Source of the DNA: Eledone cirrhosa
Lineage: Eukaryota
Length of the DNA stretch: 64,000 bases
Reading direction: 5' to 3'
NCBI GenBank assembly: GCA_964016885.1
Contig: OZ024740.1
Span: forward strand, 80,910,001-80,974,000
In this document: positions 1 through 13,698 of the stretch, one piece after another
Numbering within the stretch: the first letter of the stretch is position 1
Layout: every line of letters begins with the position of its first letter
Program-made: the position numbers and the translations under genes
The notes under the pieces: model-generated
The model's database searches: none
What the model saw: only the letters and a program-made list of their open reading frames with translations
What the model was told of the DNA's origin: nothing

Positions 1-184
1 TTTTACTAGGAAAATCTGCTTCGTCGAATCAAGACGTATCTGAGGGCCTTGAGATTTTAAGAGTCAGGTTCTATCATCACATCGATCGTGCCTCGAGATG
101 GTCGCCAGAGAAACGATTGTAATATGTCTAATAAATTCCATTCGTCGCAACATTGATTCTCTTTTTTTCTGTGATATATATATA

Positions 185-2370
185 TCCCCCGCACTCCCAC
201 CCACTATCTACTTCCTCCCCAAGCTCCACAAACCCGACGACCCCGGCCGCCACATCATCTCCGTTTGCAACTGTCCCACCGAACTCATCTCAGCCTTTCT
301 TGACTCCATCCTCGCCCCCCTCGTCACCACACTCCCCTCTCACATCTCCGACACCAACCACGCCATTTGACACAAGAATGGGCCCAAACTATGCCAACCT
401 CTTCGTTGGCCATGTTGAGACTCAAATCTTTGCCCAGTACACCGGCCCCACGCCCGATCTGTACGGTCGTTACATCGACAACTGTATCGGAACCACGAAC
501 CCCACCCGAGAACAGCTCGACTCCTTTCTCTCCTTCTTCTGCTCCTTCCACGCCTCCCTCCACTTAACCACCTCTATCTCCACCACCAACGTCTACTTCT
601 TGGACATCTCTGTCGCCGTCGACCCCTCCCACCGCTCCCTCTTCACATCCGCCTTCTTCAAACCCACCGACTCCCACTCCTACCTCGACTTCACCTCCTC
701 CCACTCTACAGACACAAAACACTCGATTTCATCTGCTCCCACCACTCCCCTCCTTCAAACGCACCTGTAATCTCCGCACCCTCCTCGTCCGCAGCTACCT
801 ACCCCCAACACATGCCCCCCCCCCGCTTCCCTTCTCTGCTGCAGGCTTCGCTGCCACACCTGCCCTCACATCACCAACACCACCACCTTCCAGGGTCCCA
901 ACGGCCACTCTCTCTCTGTCCGGCACGCCTTCCGCTGCACCTCCTCCAGCCTCGTCTACGGATTTCGCTGCCCGGAGTGCAGCTAACCCTACGTCGTACA
1001 GACTGGACGTCGCCTGGCGGACCGTTTCACTGAACACCTCCGGGATATTCGTCTCGGCGGGAGTTCCCCAATCGCCAGCCACTTTGGCTCCCCTGGACAT
1101 TCCGCCCACCACCTCAGTCTGTGGCCTACTCCAATGCCTCACGGTCGACAGACACACCATCTTCACCCTACAGACCCACACACGCCTGAACTCCCCACCC
1201 CTAATCCTTTAGCCTTCGACCGCCCACCTTTCCACCCCACACATCCCCAACTAACACCACTAAAACACTCATCCTTTTCACCGCCACACCCCCTTGGTCC
1301 ACCCCACAACTAACAATACTAACACCCACACACACATACTCATCCAAACACGCACACACACACCAGTACACTACACTCCCTTCTCCGTCCCCAACAACTT
1401 TTCTCTCCCTCTCCCCGCTCCACCTACACCCCTTCACACACACATCCCACTAACACCTCTACTAATATACACCACCACCTTCCCCCTCCACTTTTCCCAC
1501 CTACCTGTCCACCGCACATCCGCACACACAGACACACAGTCCTCACCACATACAGACCATTTCTCCACCTGTCATCCTCCTTTACTGTTATCTCTTCACC
1601 CTGCCTTGACCATCTGACCACTTCCTTTTGCGCGCGCACTCCACATCTCTCCACTTCCGACCACCATAACTAATGGATTCCACACCACCGTTCATCGTTC
1701 CAGCTATCGACTCTATAACATGAAAAATATCCAACATCTCATCGCACACTCCAGAGAACTACCTTAGGAACTTACCCACGAACAAACACTCACAATTTTT
1801 TTCGAACCACGCCACCTACATCCACACAACGTATAAACACAAACACACACGTGCGCATCCTCACATATACACACTCAGCCTCCGGAATCCACACGCTCCC
1901 CCCTCCCCCCTCTGACCCCTCTCCATCCACACGGACGCACACACCCACTTACACCCCACGCCACGCACACACTTTTTTTCCTGAACATGGAACCTCGTTC
2001 TTCCCCCAACTCTCACATTCACATGCACACGCACACATACACGTACATCTACACACATACACAAACACCACCTTCAACCCTCCCCGATCGGTCCCCCCGC
2101 CTCCCCGTCCCGACTCCACCCACCACCACCCCTACACGCCTCACACCCTTCCACCACTTGTTACTTTTTATGTTTATTTTTATGTTTATTTTAATTTTTA
2201 TTTGTACTTCTTCAATCGTTTTTACTCCCTTTTCTCCCAGGCCCTTTTTTTCTAAATCTCTTTCCACCACTCCCCCACGCATCCTCGGAACTCTCTTCCT
2301 ACCAACTTTTCTCCTGATGAAGGGCTTATGTCTAAAACGTCGTTCCCCACCGCCTTCACTCTCAAAAGCG
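185..2370 (+). mobile_element. Decayed Penelope-like retroelement (RT + GIY-YIG remnants, pyrimidine-rich 3' region, terminal hammerhead remnant)
   Basis: Frameshifted RT motifs YFLPKLHKPDDPGRHIIS..CPTELIS, MGPNYANLFVG..GRYIDN, FLDISV and FKPTDSHSYL. GIY-YIG-like YVVQTGRRLADRFTEHLRDI near 990-1050. Confidence 0.8.
2314..2344 (+). ncRNA. Degenerate PLE-type hammerhead ribozyme
   Basis: CTGATGA-agggc-ttat-gtct-AAAA-CGTCG. GAAA is mutated to AAAA. It lies at the 3' end of the PLE remnant. Confidence 0.5.
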
Positions 2371-2582
2371 TGAACCTAATAAACTCTTATTTGTTCTGCC
2401 TCTCTCTTTTTGTTCCCATCTAAGTTTTAACTATATATGCATATATATATTACAAAGTGCGTTTTTTACAAAATGAAAAATAACCGAGGTGGCCTACACG
2501 AGTGAAAGTATAAAGAAAAAATTAGGGAATCGAAAATGCAACTGGAGTCTTATTTTTTTTTAAATATATATATTTATTTGGT

Positions 2583-2622
2583 TCCTTTACCGGTATCGCA
2601 GTTCTTCTGCTTTTCAAAAGGA
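2583..2622 (-). ncRNA. Degenerate type I hammerhead ribozyme
   Basis: Minus strand tcctt-TTGAAAA-gcag(aagaa)ctgc-GATA-CCGG-TA-aagga. Stems I and II and the palindromic ACCGGT are intact, but the core is mutated. Confidence 0.5.
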
Positions 2623-2649
2623 AAGTTGAGATGGAGGGTGTGTGGTTTT

Positions 2650-2680
<31 letters not shown>

Positions 2681-2966
2681 AGTTGTAATATAATGAAACG
2701 AAATTTCATTTCTCACTCTTAGTACAGCACTTACTTAAATGTAAGTATATGTATACGTACATACATATATGTATACAGGCGTACAGTAGCATGCATATAT
2801 ATATATATATATACATGCAGGTACACATATATATATGTACGTATCAGTTTAGCGAACGGTTATTATAACGCCCGCTTTGTTCGTTTGTAAACAAGCGAAC
2901 AGCCTGATTTATGCCATACGGTGTTAAGGCAACCACGTCACCTTTTTGTTCAACACTGACACAGGA

Positions 2967-3009
2967 ACGATGTACTAGTTTCAAGTTTGTTAGCTATCAT
3001 CAGCACCGT
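2967..3009 (-). ncRNA. Type I hammerhead ribozyme, copy 1 (core intact, stem II mismatch)
   Basis: acggtg-CTGATGA-tagctaacaaactt-GAAA-ctagTA-catcgt. Confidence 0.75.
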
Positions 3010-3419
3010 ATACCCTTCTGCCAGATAGTTGAACGTTCGAAAGTATATACTTTCCTTATGAAAATTAACGGCTGAGCAGCCTAATTTGCATATCGAGTGA
3101 GTTAAGTCGGCTAGGCGTACCGAAAACGATAAGTTGTAATATAATGAAACGAAATTTCATTTCTCACTCTTAGTACAGCACTTACTTAAATGTAAGTATA
3201 TATATACGTACATACATATATGTATAGAAACTTACACTAGCATGCATATATATATATATATATATACATACAGGTACACATATATATATGTACGTATCAA
3301 TTTAGCGAACGTTTATTATGACGCCCCCTTTGTTCGTTTGTAAACAAGCGAACAGCCTGATTTATGCCATACGGTGTTAAGGCAACCACGTCACCTTTTT
3401 GTTCAACACTGACACAGGA

Positions 3420-3462
3420 ACGATGTACTAGTTTAAAGCTTGTTAGCTATCATCAGCACCGT
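3420..3462 (-). ncRNA. Hammerhead copy 2 (G12 mutated, likely inactive)
   Basis: GAAA changed to TAAA. Otherwise consensus. Confidence 0.7.
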
Positions 3463-3695
3463 ATACCATTCTGCCAGATAGTTGAATGTTCGAAAGTATA
3501 TACTTTCCTTATGAAAATTAACGGCTGAGCAGCCTAATTTGCATATCGAGTGAGTTAAGTCGGCCAGGCGTACCGAAAACGACAAGTTGCAATATAATGA
3601 AACGAAATTTCATTTCTCACTCTTAGTACAGCACTTACTTAAATGTAAGTATATGTATACGTACATACATATATGTATACAGACATACAGTAGCA

Positions 3696-3771
<76 letters not shown>

Positions 3772-3920
3772 CAGGTACACATATATATATGTACGTATCA
3801 GTTTAGCGAACGGTTATTATAACGCCCGCTTTGTTCGTTTGTAAACAAGCGAACAGCCTGATTTATGCCATACGGTGTTAAGGCAACCACGTCACCTTTT
3901 TGTTCAACACTGACACAAGA

Positions 3921-3963
3921 ACGATGTACTAGTTTCAAGCTTGTTAGCTATCATCCGCACCGT
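3921..3963 (-). ncRNA. Hammerhead copy 3 (U4 mutated)
   Basis: CTGATGA changed to CGGATGA. Confidence 0.7.
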
Positions 3964-4196
3964 ATACCCTTCTGCCAGATAGTTGAACGTTCGAAAGTAT
4001 ATACTTTCCTTATGAAAATTAACGGCTGAGCAGCCTAATTTGCATATCGAGTGAGTTAAGTCGGCCAGGCGTACCGAAAACGATAAGTTGTAATATAATG
4101 AAACGAAATTTCATTTCTTACTCTTAGTACAGCACTTACTTAAATGTAAGTATATGTATACGTACATACATATATGTATACAGACGTACAGTATCA

Positions 4197-4248
<52 letters not shown>

Positions 4249-4402
4249 CAGGTACACAACACATATATATATGTACGTATCAGTTTAGCGAACGTTTATT
4301 ATAACGCCCGCTTTGTTCGTTTGTAAACAAGCGAACAGCCTGATTTATGCCATACGGTGTTAAGGCAACCACGTCACCTTTTTGTTCAACACTGTCACAG
4401 GA

Positions 4403-4445
4403 ACGATGTACTAGTTTCAAGCTTGTTAGCTATCATCAACACCGT
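4403..4445 (-). ncRNA. Hammerhead copy 4 (C3U variant)
   Basis: TTGATGA core with intact stems. Confidence 0.7.
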
Positions 4446-4678
4446 ATACCCTTCTGCCAGATAGTTGAACGTTCGAAAGTATATACTTTCCTTATGAAAA
4501 TTAACGGCTGAGCAGCCTAATTTGCATATCGAGTGATTTAAGTCGGCCAGGCTTACCGAAAACGTTAAGTTGTAATATAATGAAACGAAATTTCATTTCT
4601 CACTCTTAGTACAGCACTTACTTAAATGTAAGTATATATATACGTACATACATGTATGTATAGAGACTTACAGTAGCA

Positions 4679-4734
<56 letters not shown>

Positions 4735-4887
4735 CATACAGGTACACATATATATATGTACGTATCAATTTAGCGAACGTTTATTATAACGCCCGCTTTG
4801 TTCGTTTGTAAACAAGCGAGCAGCCTGATTTATGCCATACGGTGTTAAGGCAACCACGTCACCTTTTTGTTCAACACTGACACAGGA

Positions 4888-4930
4888 ACGATGTACTAGT
4901 TTCAAGCTTGTTAACTATCATCAGCACCGT
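4888..4930 (-). ncRNA. Hammerhead copy 5 (core intact)
   Basis: acggtg-CTGATGA-t-agtt(aaca)agct-t-GAAA-ctagTA-catcgt, with a G-U pair in stem II. Confidence 0.8.
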
Positions 4931-5165
4931 ATACCCTTCTGCCAGATAGTTGAACGTTCGAAAGTATATACTTACCTTATGAAAATTAACGGCTGAGCAG
5001 CCTAATTTGCATATCGAGTGAGTTAAGTCGGCCAGGCGTACCGAAAACGATAAGTTGTAATATAATGAAACGAAATTTCATTTCTTACTCTTAGTACAGC
5101 ACTTACTTAAATGTAAGTATATGTAAACGTACATACATATATGTATACAGACGTACAGTATCATG

Positions 5166-5205
<40 letters not shown>

Positions 5206-5354
5206 CAGGTACACATATATATATGTACGTATCAGTTTAGCGAACGTTTATTACAACGCCCGCTTTGTTCGTTTGTAAACAAGCGAACAGCCTGATTTAT
5301 GCCATACGGTGTTAAGGCAACCACGTCACCTTTTTGTTCAACACTGACACAGGA

Positions 5355-5397
5355 ACGATGTACTAGTTTCAAGCTTGTTATCTATCATCAGCACCGT
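5355..5397 (-). ncRNA. Hammerhead copy 6 (core intact, stem II mismatch)
   Basis: CTGATGA and GAAACTAGTA are intact. Stem II is agat/agct. Confidence 0.75.
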
Positions 5398-5825
5398 ATA
5401 CCCTTCTGCCAGATAGTTGAACGTTCGAAAGTATATAATTTCCTTATGAATATTAATGGCACATAGCCTAATTTGCATATCGTGTGAGTTAAGTCGGCCA
5501 GGCGTACCGAAAGCGATAAGTTGTAATATAATGAAACGAAATTTCATCTCTCACTCTTAGTACAGCACTTACTTAAATGTAAGTATATGTATACGTACAT
5601 ACTTATATGTATACAGACGTACAGTAGCATGCATATACATATATATATACAGGTACACATATATATATGTACGTATCAGTTTAGCGAACGTTTATTATAA
5701 CGCCCGCTTTGTTCGTTTGTAAACAAGCGAAGAGTCTGATTTATGCCATACGGTGTTAAGGCAACCACGTCACCTTTTTGTTCAACACTGACACAGGAAC
5801 GATCTACTAGTTTCAAGCTTGTTAG

Positions 5826-5928
<103 letters not shown>

Positions 5929-6161
5929 TGCTACTGTACGTCTGTATACATATATGTATGTACGTATACATATACTTACATTTAAGTAAGTGCTGTACTA
6001 AGAGTGAGAAATGAAATTTCGTTTCATTATATTACAACTTATCGTTTTCGGTACGCCTGGCCGACTTAACTCACTCGATATGCAAATTAGGCTGCTCAGC
6101 CGTTAATTTTCATAAGGAAAGTATATACTTTCGAACGTTCAACTATCTGGCAGAAGGGTAT

Positions 6162-6204
6162 ACGGTGTTGATGATAGCTAACAAGCTTGAAACTAGTACA
6201 TCAT
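6162..6204 (+). ncRNA. Hammerhead copy 8 (C3U variant)
   Basis: acggtg-TTGATGA-tagctaacaagctt-GAAA-ctagTA-catcat. Confidence 0.7.
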
Positions 6205-6357
6205 TCCTGTGTCAGTGTTGAACAAAAAGTGACGTGGTTGCCTTAACACCGTATGGTATAAATCAAGCTGTTCGCTTGTTTACAAACGAACAAAGCGGGC
6301 GTTATAATAAACGTTCGCTAAACTGATACGTACATATATATATGTGTTGTGTACCTG

Positions 6358-6407
<50 letters not shown>

Positions 6408-6558
6408 TGCTACTGTGCGTCTGTATACATATATGTATGTACGTATACATATACTTAAATTTAAGTAAGTGCTGTACTAAGAGTGAGAAATGAAATTTCG
6501 TTTCATTATATTACCACTTATCATTTTTGGTACGCCTGGCCGACTTAACTCACTCGAT

Positions 6559-6566
6559 ATGCAAAT
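6559..6566 (+). promoter_or_regulatory. Octamer motif ATGCAAAT (recurs in the array units, e.g. 3084-3091 minus, 6080-6087 plus)
   Basis: Exact octamer about 75 nt 5' of the hammerhead, conserved across full units. Confidence 0.45.
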
Positions 6567-6640
6567 TAGGCTGCTCAGCCGTTAATTTTCATAAGGAAAG
6601 TATATACTTTCGAACGTTCAACTATCTGGCAGAAGGGTAT

Positions 6641-6683
6641 ACGGTGCTGATGATAGCTAACAAGCTTGAAACTAGTACATTGT
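6641..6683 (+). ncRNA. Type I hammerhead ribozyme, copy 9 (intact; predicted GUA cleavage after 6677)
   Basis: Stem I acggtg/cattgt, CTGATGA at 6647-6653, stem II agct(aaca)agct, GAAA at 6668-6671, palindromic ACTAGT, then A17. Confidence 0.85.
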
Positions 6684-6911
6684 TCCCGTGTCAGTGTTGA
6701 ACAAAAATGTGACGTGGTTGCCTTAACACCGTATGGCATAAATCAGGCTGTTCGCTTGTTTACAAACGAACAAAGCGGGCGTTATAATAAACGTTCGCTA
6801 AACTGATACGTACATATATATATGTGTACCTGTATGTATATGTATATATATATATATGTATGCTACTGTACGTCTGTATACATATATGTATGTACGTATA
6901 CATATACTTAC

Positions 6912-6954
<43 letters not shown>

Positions 6955-7155
6955 AATTATATTTCGAACCCGATAAGCAAAGTTTGAAATTGAAATAGAA
7001 ATATATGCTTCGCCTTAATATTGACTAAATAATATAGTCTTAGAATAAGGGCGATACCGATCTTTTTCCGTTCAGTTGGTGTATATTCCCATTAGTAGAA
7101 TATATTAATTAGTCAATATTAAGGCGAGGCTTCTATTTCTATCTCAATATATAAT

Positions 7156-7234
<79 letters not shown>

Positions 7235-7239
7235 CAATA

Positions 7240-9122
7240 AATAAAATAACAGGAGGGTGGACTTGTGTAAATCCTTGAAAGGTTTATTATACCATGATCA
7301 TTTCAATGACCCGGTGACATCATCAGGTATTCGAAATATAACATAGGAATATAACAGATAAAATCCATGGGGCTGAAAATCATAGACAAGAGGACGACCG
7401 ACCATCTAGCATCTTCTACTTTAGTCGTTCGCCCTCAAGTGTTAGCTTTTCGGTCTACTTATGACCATCTGGTGAGGGGGCATATATAATGGGCGTCTGT
7501 ATGGTATAATGCGTAAACAGAAAATTGGAACGTTAAACTTATGTTTAGAGTTATAGGATGAAATAAATAAAAAATTAAGAAATTAAAAAAAATTAAGAAA
7601 TTAAAAAGAAGTTTAAGGTTTGAGTTGCGTGATTTAGTTAAAGGATTTACAGAGAGATTCTTTTATGAAAAAGTTTAAGTGTATTATGGAGATTCTCGAT
7701 AAGTTTTCAGGGTGGGATATAGATTAAAGATTAAGCCCATGTTTAGCAGTCAATAACACGCGACGACTGAAGACTCCGGCCAGCCCCTACTAACCACGTG
7801 TCAGTCGTTCCGAGTGATATCGTCTAGCGAAAGAGATGGAAATTATTTTTTCCGAGTACTCCAGGAATGTAACTGTGTTAGGCTTCGGGTGTGTTGGCGG
7901 GAAGTCTGCCATCGCCGTTAGGTCATCGCTATACCAAACGAATACTATTAATTCACACAAGAGGGGGATTTGTTTACGTGCCAGTAGAGGGAGGCTAATA
8001 GCTAATAGTTATGATTAGGCCTAGAATTTAAAGGTACTATATGGCGGTCAGAACCGGCGGCGCGGCGGGCCCCGGGACGAATAAGCCGGTCTGAGTAATT
8101 TCATTTACAGAAAGAAGGGGAAATTTATTTTTCCAAGCACTCAAGAAAGGCTTATGCACCAGAGCGCCAAGCGCGCAACCGGGTAAGCCACCACATCAGT
8201 CGGATCATCGCGTGTAACCAAACAATTATTATATATTCACACCCGTGATGTGAGGTTGAAAGTGGTAAAACCCGATGAAATGCGCAAATAGACTATATTT
8301 AGTCCCCAGTTAGTCCGGGTTATAAGTAGTGTGGTTCTTTGGGGGGTAGGGGGAGATATGAGGGTACAGAGAGTAATATTCTAGTATCGTGTGCTAATGA
8401 GTACAATGATAAGTACATAATGACAGTAAAGCGAGTAAAAATTTAAATAAAAGGAACAATAATCAAAAATACATAAATAAATAAAAGGAGAATACAAAGA
8501 TGAAAATACATTAATAAAAATACATTAATAAAGTAAAAATACATAAATAAAACGCCGTCATAGCTAGGGTGGTGATGGAGTAAAACGGAAGTATATAAAA
8601 CGGAAGTATATAATTATTTTAATTTCTTAATTTGTTTTTTTTATTTCATCCTATAGCTCTAAACATAAGTTTAACGTTCCAATTTTCTGTTCACACATTA
8701 TACCATACAGACGCCCACTATATATGCCTCTGTTAAGATATAGGTTCTTTGGAAAAACATTTCTCGCGGCAATTTCTAGCCTGATTGTAGCATGACTTTA
8801 ACGCTGACTTTTCTTCTTTCTTTCTTCTTCTTTTTTTCGCTTTGACGGGGAGGTTAGTAGCACATTATAAGCTTTCGCCCCCTCACCAGATGGTCATAAG
8901 TAGACCGAATAGCCAACACATGAGGGCGACCGACTAAAGTAGAAGATGCTAGATGGTCGGTCGTCCTCTTGTCTATGATTTTCAGCCCCATGGATTTTAT
9001 CTGTTATATTCCTTTGCTATATTTCGAATACCTGATGATATCACCGGATTCATACGGAACCCGGTCATGGTATAATAAACCTTTCAAGGATTTACACAAG
9101 TCCAGCCTCCTGTTATTTTATT
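7240..9122. mobile_element. Element with long inverted arms (~7240-7615 / ~8615-9122), each carrying a degenerate hammerhead; probably PLE-derived
   Basis: The arms are reverse complements. Each has atac-CTGATGA..G(A/G)AA..TC-atggtat, at ~7288-7330 (minus) and ~9028-9073 (plus). Confidence 0.6.
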
Positions 9123-9257
9123 ATAATAATTAACTCCGTACTCGCACCACCAACTACACTAACGAAGACGGGTGAGCTGCATTACGTTGAGTACTCTCCA
9201 TAATATTACATCGAGATTGACCATACAGAATGACCAGTGATGAACCAACAAACCTAA

Positions 9258-9376
<119 letters not shown>

Positions 9377-10074
9377 TGTGTGTGTGTGTTATGGGGTTTA
9401 GAACCCTGTAAAAAATAGAAAAGGATGTACGTCAATACTCATCTTTTTCCATTTCTTAGAGGGTTCTATATAAACACTAAATAAAGTCTATTTGAATATA
9501 CAAATTCTATTCAAATTGACTTTATTTTTCTAGGCCTTCAGATTCGAACCTAACGTGCCTCATTGCACTAGTTAAACCTGTGTGCAGACTTTAACGACTT
9601 TACTAATTATTCATACTCACACCTTAATACGGCCTCATTTACACTGAGTTGACTAATCCTACTTATGTTAATTCCTTTTAAATAATAACATAAAACTTTT
9701 TACGTAGCTGGTGGAAGTCATTAGTTAGAGAAGAAACGTTACACTAGCACCGGTAATTACCTCCCTTAGCATACTAATCTCTTCCCACCGTGTTTTGTAC
9801 TTAACCATGTATATTTAATTTGCACTGTGATGTAAAATTATTATTTTACCCGAATAGGATATATAATTAAAACTTTGCCTTAATATCTGCTTCAGGCGAG
9901 CCCCATTTGGCAAAACATGTGTAAGAGCTTTATAAAGATATGATTTAACGGTTTGTAACTCTTTCATTAATTATTTTGCCTATATATTCCTAACGATCGA
10001 CTTTCGTCAAATCGGACCGAGGAAACAGTGTTTCCATTGGTCTTTCCAATTGCTAATACTATCTATCGGTCGCA

Positions 10075-10205
10075 ACTCCAGGTAGAAGGAGCAACGTGAA
10101 ATAAAGTGTCTTGCTCAAGGAGATAACGCATCGCCCGGTCCAGGAATCGAACTCACAACCTCACGATTTCGAATCCAGTTCTCTAACCACTCAGCCATAC
10201 GCCTT
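10075..10205 (-). mobile_element. tRNA-headed SINE with CORE/V-like central block
   Basis: Minus strand has A-box tggctgagtgg and B-box gagttcgattcc, followed by ccttgagcaagacact. Confidence 0.7.
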
Positions 10206-10212
10206 CACTATG

Positions 10213-10346
<134 letters not shown>

Positions 10347-10383
10347 ATTAAATTAAGGGTTGTTATGTCTGAGAGACGCACAC

Positions 10384-10440
<57 letters not shown>

Positions 10441-10948
10441 CATATGCATACATACGCACACATGATGTGTACACATACATAGGTATACGTATGCATACAT
10501 ACATGTAAATATATATATATACATATATACATATATATATATACACACACATACATACATATGCATACACATACATATACATATATATATACATACATAT
10601 ATATACACACATGTACATATACACACACATTCACGACACTATGGTTATGTAAGTACTTCTTACCTATCTGATTTTTCCACATGTATAACGTACTTCAATA
10701 TATATATGTATGTATATGTGTGTGTATATGTATATATACACACATACACATATACATATATATATATTGAAGTACGTTATACATGTGGAAAAATCAGATA
10801 GGTAAGAAGTACTTACATAACCATAGTGATGTGAGGGGGGTCGAGATGGGGGTTGGGGTAGGGTGGGATGGGGTGGAGGTATATTTTGTCGAGCAGTATT
10901 TTTTTTATATATACACACACACATATATATAATAGATGTGCGTGTATG

Positions 10949-10990
<42 letters not shown>

Positions 10991-11030
10991 CTGTTTATAT
11001 GTATGTATATATGTGTGTATATGTATGTGT

Positions 11031-11760
11031 AAATATCATCTTGGTTAAGAGAGTGGGACTGGCTTTGTGCAGTGCCTTTGGTCAGTATAAAAGCTTCACG
11101 GCACAGGTATTGCTTTATATCTGGAGCTCTCTCTGCACTTGTCGTCACATGGTACCATGAGCCCAGCACTATGTGTCAATACTTGTCACAAGTTTAGTGT
11201 TTGTACCAGAGTTTTCAAGTCGCTGGCTGGACTAAAAAGTCACACTCGTTCAGCGCATCGGGAGGGGTTCTCCTACATTGATATAAAGTAGTGGCCGTAC
11301 TCGAAAACGAGTTGGCAGCCACCATATGTATGTGTATATGTATCCGGGAGAGATGACCCCTTAGCCTTTGTCAAGGCAGAATTCTAGAAGGAAAACTCTG
11401 ATATAACACCTGCAACTCTGATGGTATCCAATCATGTTGACTTGTTCTTCTTTTTGGTAAATATCATCTTGGTTAAGAGAGTGGGACTGGCTTTGTGCAG
11501 TGCCTTTGCTCACTATAAAAGCTTCACGGCACAGGCATTGCTTTATATCTGAAAATCTCTCTGCACTTGTCGTCTCATGGTACCATGGGCCCAGCACTAT
11601 GTGTCAATACTTGTCACAAGTGTAGTGTTTGTACCAGTGTTTTCAAGTCGCTGGCTGGACTAAAAAGTCACACTCGTTCAGCGCAGCGGTAGGAGTTCTC
11701 CTACATGCATATAAAGTAGTGGCCGTACTCGAAAACGAGTTGGCAGCCACCATATGTATG
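11031..11760. repeat. Two tandem copies of an unclassified ~300-400 bp interspersed repeat
   Basis: 11031-11335 and 11345-11760 are highly similar. A third, inverted copy lies at 19795-20210. Confidence 0.75.
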
Positions 11761-11964
11761 TGTATGTATATATGTGTGGTAGAACATATATATATAGAGA
11801 GGTAGAACACTGGAAGGTAATATCCGTACTGGTAGAGCACTCAGTCCATGGGACGAGTTAGGTAGAAGTGGTTACACAACAGTTAGTTCACCACACCGAG
11901 AACAATTGTTTCACCTTAGCGGGTGCTCAGCGCATATATATATATATATGTGTGTGTGTATGCA

Positions 11965-12029
<65 letters not shown>

Positions 12030-12337
12030 TTGTGCGTGTATGTGTATGTATATATATATATATATATCCGTATGTGGTGTGACGCCTGAGAGAAAACAGT
12101 ACTCATAATGTCGAAGTAGAATTTTAATATTCATATATATAACTCGTTAATATTCATATGTTAACGCTAAGTAAGTCATCTCACTATGGATGTAACCGAA
12201 TGTTTGATGAAAGAGCTTTGGTAATATATAAACAACCATCCGGTTATGGAACCAACCGGAAATATATAACAAATTGAAGTGAAAACTAACATATGCCTGG
12301 GATTTTATTTGCAGCATGAACTTCCCAATTTATAACA

Positions 12338-12374
<37 letters not shown>

Positions 12375-12417
12375 TAAAATCTTTGTCTCTCACCGCCATA
12401 CCAAACAACAAAATAAT

Positions 12418-12603
12418 TGTTTCTACTTTAGGCACAAGGCCAGCAATTACCCAGTGCATTACTGGTACTTTATTTTATCGACTCTGTAAGGATGAAAGGC
12501 AAAGTCAACCTGCGCGGGATTTGAACTCAGATCGTAAAGGGACGTAACTATGCTGGAAAGCATGGCGTCCGACCCTCTACCGATACTACCAATCCACCTC
12601 CCT
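12418..12603 (-). mobile_element. tRNA-derived SINE (Nin/Deu-like central domain) with 16-bp TSD
   Basis: A and B boxes, a gcctttcatcct..gtcgataaaataaagtaccag block, and TSD caaacaacaaaataat at 12402-12417 and 12604-12619. Confidence 0.85.
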
Positions 12604-13698
12604 CAAACAACAAAATAATACTAAACGAACTCTATATATATAATAGCGACGAATCTAGTCTATCAATATTTCGCGGACTGAACTCTATTTTGGACAAACT
12701 TTAGAAAATGTACAATGTACAGAACCGCATATAATAGAATAACTTAAATTTCTATCTGCAATTTAATCAAACTAGAATTCAAAAATGTCTGCACGTGCGG
12801 GGATTACTAGATAACAGTTGATTGCACGAAAATTGAATCAATCATTTATTTTTATCAGTAGAATGCATTTAAAATATAGCAGACTTGTGGAAATGAAGTA
12901 ATCTGACCCATGTTTTAAGCTCCTATTTTACATTCGACTGAAACATAACCTAATCGATACAAATACTTTCAACGGTTGATGTGGAAAATAAAAAAAAACC
13001 TTTGGTTCTGTTTCATGGCTTAAAAGATTTGCATACAAATAATTAATTTCATCAACATAATCGTACCTTACTCCTTCAAAAATGCCTCGCTACAAATTTT
13101 CATTAAGAAGCCTGCATTACGTACGTTTCAAAGAAACAAAGCCAGAGAGTGGGTAATCATGCCATTCACAGTTTATGGATATCTGTATAACAAGGAAAAC
13201 AGGGTGAGCCAAAACTATAATCATTTGGTGTGATAGGGATTAATAGAATATATTGGGATTCCTTTTATCGTTAAAGTTCAAATCATTTCTTTAGTTATAT
13301 AAATCTACAGTAGAATCAGTAATGAATTTACATGGAGCTGACATTGCAATAAATACTTAATTTATTAAAAAAAATAGTTAAAACACCTTCGTAAACCAGT
13401 AAAAACTACCCTAACATAATTGTTGCCTTTTTTTAAGAATGATTTGGTTTTTGTTAAAACATCAGCAGCGTTTTTCGTTTGCTACCGAAGGTGAAGGAAT
13501 AGTCACGAACAGTTGAATCATTGGCGTATGAAGGACTACATTATCTAACATAACCAACTCGGAACCGTTGTGCATTTTTCCAAATATAGTAGTACCTATG
13601 GCTATATTTGTGGACAGTACTCACTACCTTAATATTAATAAGACATCAAATGAAAATAATATATTTATATGAAAAATACAATCATTATTTTTCATAAA

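Noticed and set aside
2905-2950. catacggtgttaaggca followed by T5, resembling part of U6atac or a Pol III gene
   Set aside because: The diagnostic U6atac 5' region is absent, and the opposite strand is better explained by the hammerhead unit.
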